Below, piece after piece: positions 23,643-33,193 of a stretch of DNA of 40,069 nucleotides (the stretch's first letter is position 1; the number at the start of each line of letters is the position of its first letter). The notes below the pieces were generated by a model. That model searched no databases, was not told where the DNA came from, and was given only the letters and a program-made list of their open reading frames with translations. The stretch spans positions 1-40,069 of the IMG/VR virus record IMGVR_UViG_3300001682_000095, one strand, 5' to 3'. Source of the DNA: a virus. Position numbers and translations under genes: made by a program.

Positions 23643-24069
23643 ATATGCAGAGATAAAAACGGCGATCAATACGCTGTTAAAAAGCAAATACCCCTATAAG
23701 ATTTACGGCAAAGAAATAAAAGAGGGTTACAAAGTCCCATGTTTCTTTACAGAAATTGTAGACAAGGGCAGCAAAGCAGAAACACAAAATTTTACCGGCG
23801 GCGGCTTTACAATAAAAATCACATATTTTCAGAGTGAAAAGAACGAATTGGATCAGCTTGAAAAGGTAGACGAAATAAAAGACCTTTTCGGGCTGATTTT
23901 TTGCGTTGGAGAAAGGCGGCTAACGGTCGGCGAGTATTCGCATGATTACATCGGGGAATATTCCGATATTTTGCAAATTAGTATTGATATTGATTACAAA
24001 GAGAATACACAGAAACAAGAAACAGCACCAATAGCAGAAGGCGTAGATGTAAACATCACGCAAGGTTAG
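23638..24069 (+). CDS. Tail terminator/completion-like protein, apparent ATT start
   Basis: The frame is open from 23638. GGAGG at 23624-28 lies 9 nt upstream of ATT 23638. No ATG/GTG/TTG occurs before TTG 23848, yet the 70 upstream codons read as protein (RYAEIKTAINTLLKSKYPYKIYGKEIKEGYKVPCFFTEIV...). Confidence 0.6.
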   Translation: MRYAEIKTAINTLLKSKYPYKIYGKEIKEGYKVPCFFTEIVDKGSKAETQNFTGGGFTIKITYFQSEKNELDQLEKVDEIKDLFGLIFCVGERRLTVGEYSHDYIGEYSDILQISIDIDYKENTQKQETAPIAEGVDVNITQG

Positions 24070-24085
24070 AAAGGAGTAAAAAGCA

Positions 24086-25243
24086 ATGGGCGCACCTAGT
24101 ATGGATATTCAGTTTATCGAAAGAGCAATAACAGCAATCACAAGAGGAGAAAGAGGCATTGTTTTATTGTGGGTAAAAGATGCACTACCGGCAGCAGCAG
24201 TAAACCCTGCAACAGTAATTTTGGAAAGCGATATTCCAAGCGGTTTAAGCGATGCAACAGTAGAACAGATTAAACTTGCAATGTTCGGATATACCAACGC
24301 ACCTAAGAAGGTTTTAGTGTACGGTATGGGAATTACAGAAGATGCAGAAACGGAGGCAGTAGAGGCGGGATATAAAAAGGCTATGGAAGTATCGGAAACG
24401 GTAAAATTTGATTATTTAGCAATCCCGACAGTAGAAACAGACGGAAAGGCGCAGGATATTGCAACATGGGTTAAGTCAATGCGCGATACCAAGAAAAAGA
24501 AGATTAAGGCGGTATTGCCAAACACAGCGGCAGATCACGAAGGTGTAATCAATTTTACAACGGATAAGAATGTAAAGACGGAAACCGTAACAGAAAAGGA
24601 CGGCACCAAAACAACGGTAGATATTGTTTACACAGCAGAGCAGTATTGCGCGAGAATTGCCGGCTTAATTGCCGGTACACCGCTAACAATCGCCTGCACA
24701 TACGCACCACTAAACGAATTATCGGATTGTACAAGATTAACCGACATTGACACACCGGTAGACAATGGCGAATTTATCGTTTTCTATGACGGCGAGAAAG
24801 TAAAGGTTGTAAGAGGCGTTAATAGCTTTAAAACAACCGTAGACGGCAAGGGCGAGAGTTTCAAGAAGATAAAGATCGTTGAGGCTATGGATATGATCAA
24901 CGATGATATTATTAAGACCGCGCAGGATAGTTATTTAGGAAAGTACGCAAACAGCTATTCCAACAAATGCCTGCTTATTTCCGCAATTAGTGGATATTTC
25001 GCGCAGTTAAAGCGTGACGGTATTATTAGCAGTTATTCAGTTTCTTTAGATGCAGAGGCGATCCGCATTTACTTAAAGAGCAAGGGATTAAAGGCAACTT
25101 TAGACGATGGAACTATTAAAGAGGTTGACGAGTGCAGCGATGAAGAAATTATAACAGCAGACACCGGATCATTTGTATTTTTAAAGGGCAATGTAAAAAT
25201 CTTAGATGCAATCGAAGATATTAAAATGCCTATTTATATCTAA
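24086..25243 (+). CDS. Contractile tail sheath protein (XkdK-like)
   Basis: Size and position upstream of the tube gene. KFDYLAIP... pattern. Confidence 0.75.
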   Translation: MGAPSMDIQFIERAITAITRGERGIVLLWVKDALPAAAVNPATVILESDIPSGLSDATVEQIKLAMFGYTNAPKKVLVYGMGITEDAETEAVEAGYKKAMEVSETVKFDYLAIPTVETDGKAQDIATWVKSMRDTKKKKIKAVLPNTAADHEGVINFTTDKNVKTETVTEKDGTKTTVDIVYTAEQYCARIAGLIAGTPLTIACTYAPLNELSDCTRLTDIDTPVDNGEFIVFYDGEKVKVVRGVNSFKTTVDGKGESFKKIKIVEAMDMINDDIIKTAQDSYLGKYANSYSNKCLLISAISGYFAQLKRDGIISSYSVSLDAEAIRIYLKSKGLKATLDDGTIKEVDECSDEEIITADTGSFVFLKGNVKILDAIEDIKMPIYI

Positions 25244-25257
25244 GGAGGTAAGGAACA

Positions 25258-25686
25258 ATGAAAGGTTTTAGACCGGAGCAGGTTATTAACGGAACATGGG
25301 GCGAGGTTTGGTTTGATAATGAGTATTTGGCGCAGGTTACAGCGTGCAAAGCAGAGGTAGGATTTAAGAAAACCGCAATTACGCAGGTACAAAGTTTAGT
25401 TGACGGTCAGAAAATTACCGGATTAGAACCAAAAGGCGAATTAAAGCTGCATCATATTAACAGTTTCGTAATGAAAAAGGTTAGCGATGCAGTAAAAGCC
25501 GGAAAAACCCCGACACACACCATTATTTCAAATGTAGCCGATCCCGATGCAATCGGGGCAGAGCGCGTAGCGTATTATAATTGCGTGCTTGACAAAATGA
25601 TCCTTGCAGATTGGGAGGCAGGAAAGACCTGCGAGGAAAGTTACGGCTTTACTTTTGGAGATTGGGAACCGATGCAGACAATTTAA
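25258..25686 (+). CDS. Tail tube protein (XkdM-like)
   Basis: VINGTWGEVWFDNEYLAQV...KGELKLHHINS pattern. Confidence 0.75.
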   Translation: MKGFRPEQVINGTWGEVWFDNEYLAQVTACKAEVGFKKTAITQVQSLVDGQKITGLEPKGELKLHHINSFVMKKVSDAVKAGKTPTHTIISNVADPDAIGAERVAYYNCVLDKMILADWEAGKTCEESYGFTFGDWEPMQTI

Positions 25687-25697
25687 CAACAATAACC

Positions 25698-25727
25698 GAA
25701 GGGCTGCATCGTGCAGCCCTTTATTTT
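25698..25727 (+). terminator. Rho-independent terminator after the tube gene
   Basis: AAGGGCTGCA-TCG-TGCAGCCCTT followed by TATTTTT. Confidence 0.8.
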
Positions 25728-25749
25728 TCAGTAAAGGAGATATAAGACA

Positions 25750-26157
25750 ATGAATTTAGTAGAAAAGTTAATGGCAGTAGATAAAGGCGAATTTAACAAA
25801 ATTGAGAAAAAGGAGATCCCAAGCAAGCAGCTATCTAAACTTGTGGGAGAAGATGCGAAGGTAACAATTCAAGCAGTAGACGGCGATCTTTTCGGCGCAC
25901 TTTCCGCAAGTGGGTTAGACGAGGCAGGGGAGGTTGATTACGGCAGAGCGTTTAGCACAAATGCCAAGATCGCAGCCGCAGGCATTGTAGATCCAGATCT
26001 GAAAAACGAGGGATTATTAAGACATTTGGGAGTTGCTACACCGGCAGATGCAGCAAAGAAGATTTTTAAAGGCGAAATTAACAAAATTTCCACAGAGATC
26101 GCAAAGTTAAGCGGTTTTGAAAATGAAGAAACAACGGATAAAGAAGTAAAAAACTAA
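25750..26157 (+). CDS. Tail assembly chaperone (XkdN-like), zero-frame product
   Basis: Position immediately upstream of the tape measure gene. Ends in a slippery heptamer. Confidence 0.75.
   Translation: MNLVEKLMAVDKGEFNKIEKKEIPSKQLSKLVGEDAKVTIQAVDGDLFGALSASGLDEAGEVDYGRAFSTNAKIAAAGIVDPDLKNEGLLRHLGVATPADAAKKIFKGEINKISTEIAKLSGFENEETTDKEVKN
26148..26154 (+). promoter_or_regulatory. Programmed -1 ribosomal frameshift site A_AAA_AAC
   Basis: Zero-frame codons are GTA AAA AAC TAA. After a -1 slip the frame stays open (CTA ATT CAA AGC GAT AGG GAG GTA CAA ATG...) and runs into ORF 26181-26342. Confidence 0.7.
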
Positions 26158-26180
26158 TTCAAAGCGATAGGGAGGTACAA

Positions 26181-26342
26181 ATGGATTACCTGCACTATCG
26201 CTTTAAAAATTGGAAACCTTTTGAGTACATGAGCCTGCCCGAAGGTCAAAAGCGGATAGCAAGGGCGTATATGCGGCAGGAAATGGCAGACAAAGACGAG
26301 ATAAACGAACAAATAAATAAAATGTTGGGAGGTGCATCGTAA
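26181..26342 (+). CDS. Tail chaperone extension (T part of a G/GT-like pair; could also initiate independently)
   Basis: 53-aa ORF in the -1 frame relative to 25750-26157. AGGGAGG is also present upstream of its ATG. It ends with TAATG overlapping the tape measure start. Confidence 0.65.
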   Translation: MDYLHYRFKNWKPFEYMSLPEGQKRIARAYMRQEMADKDEINEQINKMLGGAS

Positions 26343-29300
26343 TGGGTAGGGTAATAAGTACGGCAATACAGTTTATTGACGGTTTCACAAAGCCTTCAAA
26401 AGAAGTTATAGACAGCATGAAAAAAATGGCAAACAACATAGAAAAGGGCGCAAAACAGATCCAAAATGCGGGCAAAACCATTTCTAATGTTGGATCCACT
26501 CTCACAACAGCGATTACCCTGCCTATTGCGGGCGTAGCAACAGCAGCAGTAAAAACCGCCGCCGATTTCGAGGCGGCAATGTCGGAGGTTAGTGCAATTT
26601 CGGGCGCAACCTCCGCAGATATGGAGATATTAACCAACAAAGCTAAAGAAATGGGAGCCACAACCGCATTTTCGGCAAGTGAAAGCGCGGAGGCTATGAA
26701 ATATATGGCTATGGCGGGTTGGAAAACCGCAGATATGGTAGACGGCATAGCCGGAATAATGAACCTTGCAGCAGCAGCGGGGGAAGATTTAGGAACCACC
26801 TCCGACATAGTAACAGACGGTTTAACGGCGTTTGGAATGGCTGCAAAGGAAAGCGGGCGTTTTGCCGATGTAATGGCGGCGGCATCAACAAATGCAAATA
26901 CAAATGTTACCTTAATGGGAGAAAGTTTTAAATATTGCGCAGCAACAGCAGGCGCAATGGGTTACAGTATAGAGGATATTTCCGTAGCAATCGGCATTAT
27001 GGCAAACGCGGGCATTAAAGGAAGTACCGCCGGTACAACTTTAAAGAATGTAATTGCAAATATGGCAAAGCCGACAGATGCGCAGGCAGCAGCTATGGAA
27101 AAATTAGGTATCAGCCTAACAGATAATAGCGGAAACATGAAAAGTTTCGCCGAAGTAATGACGAACCTGCGGGCATCATTCGCAGGATTATCAGAAACGG
27201 AAAAGGCGGCATACGCAACCACTTTAGCGGGTAAAGAGAGTATGTCGGGATTATTAACCATTGTAAACGCGAGCGCGGCAGATTTCGACAAATTAACGGC
27301 TGCAATCAATGGAGCAAGTGGCACCGCCGAGGAAATGGCGGCAACAATGCTAGATAATTTAAACGGACAATTAACCCTTTTAAAATCAGCAATAGAGGGT
27401 ATAGCAATAACAATAGGCGATAAGCTGCTACCGTACATAAAAACGGCGGTTTCGTGGGTACAAACGGCAGCAGATTATATAAATAATTTAAGCGATGCAC
27501 AAGTAAATAATATTATGAAATGGGCGGGGATTGCAGCAGCGATACCGCCTATTATTATGATTTTTGGAAAGATAGTAACGGCAGTAGGAACGGCGCAAAG
27601 AACATGGGCGAAAGCATTAAAAGTATTTGCGAAGTTTGAGAGCATAGCCGGACTTATTACAAGCCCTGCAGGAATTGTAATCGGCGTATTGGCAGCAATC
27701 GCAGTAGCGGCGGTTTTGATTATTAAAAATTGGGATCAAGTAAAAGTATTTCTTTCTAATGTTGGCGCATGGTTTAAAAACGCTTTTGAGAAAGCAGGCT
27801 TTACGGTCGAAGGGTTCAAAAGCAAATTTACATCAATAGGCAATACAATAGGCAGCATAGCAGGGAAAATAGGCGGCTTTTGCAAGAGCATAGCCGGCAT
27901 TTTTAAAAATGAGTTTGGCGCAGGAGTTACAGCAGCAGCCGGAGAAATAAACAACGGTTTAGAGGCTATTGTAGCGGGTGCCGTAACAGCATTTGACGGA
28001 ATTGTAACGGCAGTAGATACCGGATTAAAGGCATTTGAGGCGTTATTGGACTTTTTCGGCGGTGCATTTGCGGGGAATTGGAATAGCGCGGCACAAGGCT
28101 TTAGAAACAGCCTTAAAAACATTTTCCCGCCGGATATTGCAAACGGATTAACCGCAGCTTTTGACAAGGCATTACCGGTAATTAAAGCGGTTGTAGAGGG
28201 TATAAAGTCGATGTTTGGCGGCTTAATCCAAGATGCAAAAACAGTATTTAGCAATTTTAAGACCGTATTTGAGGGCGTAGGAACGCTATTTAAGGGAATA
28301 TTTACCGGCGATGTAGAAACAGCACTAAGCGGCTTTAAAACAGCCGCAGGCGGGGCGATAGATGCGGTAGGAAACATATTTAAAAGCAAAATAAACGCTA
28401 TAAAGAATTTTGTAACCGGTGCGCTATCTACATTCCTGCCACAAGAAACCGTAAACAAAATTGCGGGCGCATTTGATGTAGTAGCCTCCGCGTGGGATAT
28501 TGCAATAGGAGCCGCAAAGGGATATATAGACGGTTTTGTAACAGCAATTAAACCGGTAATAGAAAATATTAAAAGCATTTTCAAAGGCGTAGCGCAGTTT
28601 GTGAAAGGCGTATTTACCGGCGACTGGAAGGGCGCGCTGAATGGATTAAAAACCATAGCAAGCGGCGCATTATCCGGCTTGGTAAATGCGATAAAGGCAC
28701 CGTTTACACTTATAAGCAATACGGTTAAGGGCGCAATAAACACTTTTAAGAGTTTAGATATTGTAAAGACAATCTTTACAGCGGTAGGAAACGCAATAAA
28801 GAATGTGCTAACCAAATGCGGCGTTGATATGAACAAATTCAGCGCAAACATAAATAATATAAAAACGCGGGTAGGCAGCATTATAAATAATCTGAAAACG
28901 ATATTTAGTACAGTTTTTGGAGCGATCGGAAAAGTGGTAAAAGGTGCGGCAAGCATCGTAGCCGGTATTTTCGGCAAGAAGATTAGCGACACTTGCAGCG
29001 CAGCGGGCGCAGTATTAACCGCATTTAAGGCGGTAGCGGGCGCGGCGTTTGGTTTTATTTCCGGCGCAATTCAAAAAGCAATGAATATCATTGTACCGGT
29101 TGTAAAAGTTGCATTTTCGGCGATTAAGGGCGCGATTTCCGCAGCGGTTCAGAATGTAACCGCAATTATAAGCGGATTATTAACCGTTTTTGACGGCATT
29201 ACAACCTTTATTTCGGGCGTATTTACCGGTAATTGGTCGAAAGCATGGGAAGGTATAAAAAGTATTTTCAAGGGCGTATTTGACAGTTTGGCGGCGTTAT

Positions 29301-29719
29301 GCAAAACCCCGATCAATGCGGTTATTGGGATTATTAACGGCGCAATTTCCGGCATCAACAATTTAGGTTTAACAATACCGGATTGGGTGCCGGTTATCGG
29401 CGGTCAATCATTCTCTATTAACATACCAACGATCCCGATGTTATACAAAGGTACGAATAATTGGCAAGGTGGCGCGGCTATGATCCACGATCGCGGCGGC
29501 GAAATTGTAGACCTGCCAAAAGGTACAAGAGTATACCCGCATGACAAAAGCGTAGAAATGGCGCGCAAAGAGGGCGCAGCGCAAAGCGGATCCGGATCTG
29601 TATCGGTTGTTATTCAGAAATTGGCAGACAAAATAGAAGTGCGCAGCGATGAAGATATAGACAGAATAGCAGAGGCGTTAGCACTCAAATTAAAGAAAGT
29701 AGCATTTAACACAGCATAA
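26342..29719 (+). CDS. Tail tape measure protein
   Basis: 1125 aa, Ala/Gly/Ile-rich, with internal FxGxFTGxW repeats. Follows the chaperone genes. Confidence 0.9.
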   Translation: MGRVISTAIQFIDGFTKPSKEVIDSMKKMANNIEKGAKQIQNAGKTISNVGSTLTTAITLPIAGVATAAVKTAADFEAAMSEVSAISGATSADMEILTNKAKEMGATTAFSASESAEAMKYMAMAGWKTADMVDGIAGIMNLAAAAGEDLGTTSDIVTDGLTAFGMAAKESGRFADVMAAASTNANTNVTLMGESFKYCAATAGAMGYSIEDISVAIGIMANAGIKGSTAGTTLKNVIANMAKPTDAQAAAMEKLGISLTDNSGNMKSFAEVMTNLRASFAGLSETEKAAYATTLAGKESMSGLLTIVNASAADFDKLTAAINGASGTAEEMAATMLDNLNGQLTLLKSAIEGIAITIGDKLLPYIKTAVSWVQTAADYINNLSDAQVNNIMKWAGIAAAIPPIIMIFGKIVTAVGTAQRTWAKALKVFAKFESIAGLITSPAGIVIGVLAAIAVAAVLIIKNWDQVKVFLSNVGAWFKNAFEKAGFTVEGFKSKFTSIGNTIGSIAGKIGGFCKSIAGIFKNEFGAGVTAAAGEINNGLEAIVAGAVTAFDGIVTAVDTGLKAFEALLDFFGGAFAGNWNSAAQGFRNSLKNIFPPDIANGLTAAFDKALPVIKAVVEGIKSMFGGLIQDAKTVFSNFKTVFEGVGTLFKGIFTGDVETALSGFKTAAGGAIDAVGNIFKSKINAIKNFVTGALSTFLPQETVNKIAGAFDVVASAWDIAIGAAKGYIDGFVTAIKPVIENIKSIFKGVAQFVKGVFTGDWKGALNGLKTIASGALSGLVNAIKAPFTLISNTVKGAINTFKSLDIVKTIFTAVGNAIKNVLTKCGVDMNKFSANINNIKTRVGSIINNLKTIFSTVFGAIGKVVKGAASIVAGIFGKKISDTCSAAGAVLTAFKAVAGAAFGFISGAIQKAMNIIVPVVKVAFSAIKGAISAAVQNVTAIISGLLTVFDGITTFISGVFTGNWSKAWEGIKSIFKGVFDSLAALCKTPINAVIGIINGAISGINNLGLTIPDWVPVIGGQSFSINIPTIPMLYKGTNNWQGGAAMIHDRGGEIVDLPKGTRVYPHDKSVEMARKEGAAQSGSGSVSVVIQKLADKIEVRSDEDIDRIAEALALKLKKVAFNTA

Positions 29720-29731
29720 GGAGGCGGCAAA

Positions 29732-30370
29732 ATGGAAATATGGTTAAAGCAGGATAAAACACAATTCAGATTTGCGGTTTTGCCGCCGGAGTATGAATTA
29801 ACAAGCGAAAGCAATAATACGCAAGTTAATGTAAATGCTTTAGGGGAAATAAACTTGATAGGCAAAAGGAAACTGAAAAATGTTTCCTTTTCCTCATTTT
29901 TCCCAAAACAGAAATATTATTTTTGCCAATACACAACATTCCCAACGCCAAAAGAAAGCGTAAAGATTATTGAGAAAATGAAAAATAAAGGCGTTTTGCG
30001 GCTAACCATAACCGGAACGCCGATCAATATGGAATGTACAATAGAAAATTTCACATGGGGCGAAAATGACGGTACAAAAGATATAAATTTTACATTGGAA
30101 TTTAAGGAATACAGAAAAGTAAAGGTTAAAACATCGAAGAAAAAAGAAACCGTTACAAAGAAAGTGGTACCGGCAACCACGCAAAGAGCAGCTAAAACGG
30201 TGGAAAGCACCACATACACCGTAGTAAAAGGGGATAATTTAAGCAAGATTGCAAAGAATTTAACCGGCAGTAGCGCAAATTGGCAGGCGATTTACAACCA
30301 AAACAAAGGCGTGATCGGCGGCAACCCTAACTTGATTTATCCGGGGCAAAGGTTGGTAATTAGCGTATGA
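29732..30370 (+). CDS. XkdP-like tail protein with a C-terminal LysM domain
   Basis: YTVVKGDNLSKIAKNLTGSSANWQAIYNQNKGVIGGNPNLIYPGQRLVI. Confidence 0.75.
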   Translation: MEIWLKQDKTQFRFAVLPPEYELTSESNNTQVNVNALGEINLIGKRKLKNVSFSSFFPKQKYYFCQYTTFPTPKESVKIIEKMKNKGVLRLTITGTPINMECTIENFTWGENDGTKDINFTLEFKEYRKVKVKTSKKKETVTKKVVPATTQRAAKTVESTTYTVVKGDNLSKIAKNLTGSSANWQAIYNQNKGVIGGNPNLIYPGQRLVISV

Positions 30371-31365
30371 AAATAGAGTGGATCAGAAGTAAGGGCGGTT
30401 ATGTTTACACAACAGATATTACAGAGGCGGTAGCAAGCGTAAGTTGGGGCGGTTCCGTATCGCAGGCAGCGAGAACAGCAGAAATAGCGGTTATCAATGC
30501 ACCAAATGATAAGAATGTAACAAACTTAGATTTAGCGATTGCAGCCGGACACACAATAAAGCTGCATGAAAACGGAAAAGTAATATTTGTTGGGGAGGTA
30601 ATAACCAAAGAAAGCACAAGCGAAACCGGCACCATTACATATTTTTGCACCGATTTACTAAACCATTTGTTAAAAAGCACCGGCGTATATAATTTTGCAG
30701 ATACCACAGCAGAAAAGATAACAAAAAAAGTATGTGCAGATTTTGAAATAGGCACCGGCACCATTGTAGCAACTAACGCGCCTATTAAGAAAATGATTAT
30801 AGACGGTAGCAGCATTTACGATATTATCATGCAGGCGTACACAAAAGCGGCAAAACAGACCGGCGAAAAGTATATTTGCCGCATGAGTGGCACTAATTTA
30901 ACGGTTGAGGTAAAAGGCACCGTAGTTAGTAATTTTGTACTTGCAGAGGAATATAACATAACCAACACGCGGTACGAGGAAACAATAGATAACATGGTAA
31001 ACGTAGTAAAGATTTACGATGAAACCGGAACACAGATCGGGGAAGTTAAAAAAGATACATGGGTTAATAATTACGGCATTTATCAGCAGATTTATAAAAA
31101 GGAAACCGGCATAAATGAAACAACGGCAGCTAACAATATGCTGCAGGGCGTGGAAAAGAAGGTAACGCTTGACGGAATAAACGGAGATTTAGCCTGCATC
31201 GCGGGCAATGGCGTAGAGGTTTACGATAAAGCAACCGGATTAAACGGCGTATTTTGGATTGACAGCGACACGCACACATGGGAAAACGGCACCCATATAA
31301 TGAATTTAGAATTAAACTTTAAAAATATTATGGATAGCAAGGAATACACAGAAACCGAAGGATAG
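30367..31365 (+). CDS. XkdQ-like baseplate hub / late control D-like protein
   Basis: Order in the PBSX-type module; 332 aa. Confidence 0.6.
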   Translation: MKIEWIRSKGGYVYTTDITEAVASVSWGGSVSQAARTAEIAVINAPNDKNVTNLDLAIAAGHTIKLHENGKVIFVGEVITKESTSETGTITYFCTDLLNHLLKSTGVYNFADTTAEKITKKVCADFEIGTGTIVATNAPIKKMIIDGSSIYDIIMQAYTKAAKQTGEKYICRMSGTNLTVEVKGTVVSNFVLAEEYNITNTRYEETIDNMVNVVKIYDETGTQIGEVKKDTWVNNYGIYQQIYKKETGINETTAANNMLQGVEKKVTLDGINGDLACIAGNGVEVYDKATGLNGVFWIDSDTHTWENGTHIMNLELNFKNIMDSKEYTETEG

Positions 31366-31379
31366 GAGGCGCGGAAAAT

Positions 31380-31682
31380 ATGAACCCATACGAGGAAATT
31401 TTAAACACGATGCGGCAGCAGGGCAAAAAAGATAACACGCCGCCTATTCAAATCGGAATAATGGAAAGCGCAGATACCTGCGCAATAGGCAAACTAAAGC
31501 TATCCGGCAGCGATTTGTTAATAGCAGAGCATTTAAAAACCGGCTATCATTACGCGGTAGACAACGAAACACCCTCCAAGAAAGATAAAAATACATTCAT
31601 AGGCGGGCTTAAAAAAGGCGATAAAGTAGCAGTTTATAGAGTTAGCGATGAATTATATATTATTTTGGAAAGGTTGGTGTAA
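31380..31682 (+). CDS. XkdR-like small baseplate protein (DUF2577-type)
   Basis: Size and synteny. Confidence 0.55.
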   Translation: MNPYEEILNTMRQQGKKDNTPPIQIGIMESADTCAIGKLKLSGSDLLIAEHLKTGYHYAVDNETPSKKDKNTFIGGLKKGDKVAVYRVSDELYIILERLV

Positions 31683-31684
31683 TT

Positions 31685-32113
31685 ATGGGTTTATTTCCGA
31701 CATACATAGAAAGCGATGCAATAACAGAAGAAACACAAGAAAGCAAGATCCCGAAAGAATACGAAATAGATTTTAAAACCGGACAGCTAACCGGCAGGAT
31801 CGTTGAGGGCGTAGAGGCTATAAAAGTTTGGATATGGCTTGTATTGCAAACACCGCGATACCGCTATTATATTTATTCATGGGATTATGGAAACGAATTT
31901 GAGGAACTAATAGGGCGGGGATATTCCGAGGAATATATAAACGCAGAGGCGCAGCGCATGACAGAAGATTGCCTGCTTGTTAATGAGTATATCGAAAGCA
32001 TAACCGATTTTTCGGTAGGCATGGAAAACGATCAATTAACAATCAGCTTTACCGCCAACACTATTTACGGCACAATACAATTTGACAATGAAAAGATAGC
32101 GCGGGCGGCGTAA
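31685..32113 (+). CDS. XkdS-like / gp25-like baseplate wedge protein
   Basis: YEIDFKTGQLTGRIVEGVEAIKVWIWLVLQTPRYRYYIY pattern; synteny. Confidence 0.6.
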   Translation: MGLFPTYIESDAITEETQESKIPKEYEIDFKTGQLTGRIVEGVEAIKVWIWLVLQTPRYRYYIYSWDYGNEFEELIGRGYSEEYINAEAQRMTEDCLLVNEYIESITDFSVGMENDQLTISFTANTIYGTIQFDNEKIARAA

Positions 32114-32125
32114 GGAGGCGACAAT

Positions 32126-33193
32126 ATGTTATTTGAAGATAAAACACAAAACAATATTATGATCGATCTTGTGGCAACGGTGGATAGCGATGTAAACACA
32201 GAAGAAGGCACACTAATAGATCATTCATTCAGAGGCGCAGCCGCCGAGTTTGAGCAGGCATATATCGGCATTGCATTAGTAGACCAAAACGGAAACTCAA
32301 CAACAGCCGACAGAGAGCATTTAATTTTAAGAGCCAAAGAAAGAGGTATAACACCGCTTGCGGCATCTAACGCCGTTTGGAAAGCGGTATTTAATATTGA
32401 AATACCGTTGAATGCGAGATTTTCGGCGGGGGAATTAACCTATATATGTACCGAAAAAATAGAAAGCCTAACATATAAACTCATGTGCGAGCAGGCGGGA
32501 ACGGCGGGAAATCAAAAGCAAAATGATTTAACACCGATAGAGTATATAGACGGTTTCAACACTGCCGAATTAACGGAACTTTTAACCCCTGCGCGTGACG
32601 AGGAGGAAACGGAGGCTTTTCGCGCCCGCTATCATTCTATCGTAGGCGAAACGCAGGCTTTTGGCGGCAATAGGGCGCAGTACAAAAAGGCAATGTACGA
32701 AATTGAGGGCGTTGGAGCCTGCAAGATTTACCGAGTAACCAAAGAAGAACGGCGCATAAAAATATATTTCCTCAATAACCTTTACCAAGTGCCGAGTGAA
32801 ACGCTTGTAGCAGATGCGCAGGAAATCATAGATCCGATAGGAAAGCAAGGCGAGGGCGAAGGAGAGGCGGTTATTTACCACATTGTAGATTTATACCCAT
32901 GTACAGCGGAAAGCGTAGCGATTGAGGCAGATATAACCATAGATACCGGTTACACATGGGAGGATATGTTACCGAGTATACAAACCAAAATAGACGAATA
33001 CTTTTTAGAACTTGCCAAAGCGTGGGAAAACGAAAATTATTTAACGGTAAGAATATTAAGGGTAAACGCGGCGATCGGAAGTGTGGAGGGCGTTGTCGAT
33101 GTGCAAAACACAGCATTAAACGGCAAAGAAGAAAACCTGCTTTTGGATCCTAACGCAATACCGGTTAGGGGCGTGATTGTATGCAGACAGTAA
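32126..33193 (+). CDS. Baseplate J-like protein (XkdT-like)
   Basis: Size and synteny. Confidence 0.65.
   Translation: MLFEDKTQNNIMIDLVATVDSDVNTEEGTLIDHSFRGAAAEFEQAYIGIALVDQNGNSTTADREHLILRAKERGITPLAASNAVWKAVFNIEIPLNARFSAGELTYICTEKIESLTYKLMCEQAGTAGNQKQNDLTPIEYIDGFNTAELTELLTPARDEEETEAFRARYHSIVGETQAFGGNRAQYKKAMYEIEGVGACKIYRVTKEERRIKIYFLNNLYQVPSETLVADAQEIIDPIGKQGEGEGEAVIYHIVDLYPCTAESVAIEADITIDTGYTWEDMLPSIQTKIDEYFLELAKAWENENYLTVRILRVNAAIGSVEGVVDVQNTALNGKEENLLLDPNAIPVRGVIVCRQ

Noticed and set aside
27736-28992. 418-aa ORF on the minus strand inside the tape measure gene. Shorter antisense ORFs occur at 26203-26808 and 26962-27438.
   Set aside because: It lies entirely antisense to a confidently called gene. 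The sense strand's GCN/GGN/ATH-rich codon bias removes stop codons from the opposite strand. There is no RBS and the composition is low-complexity.
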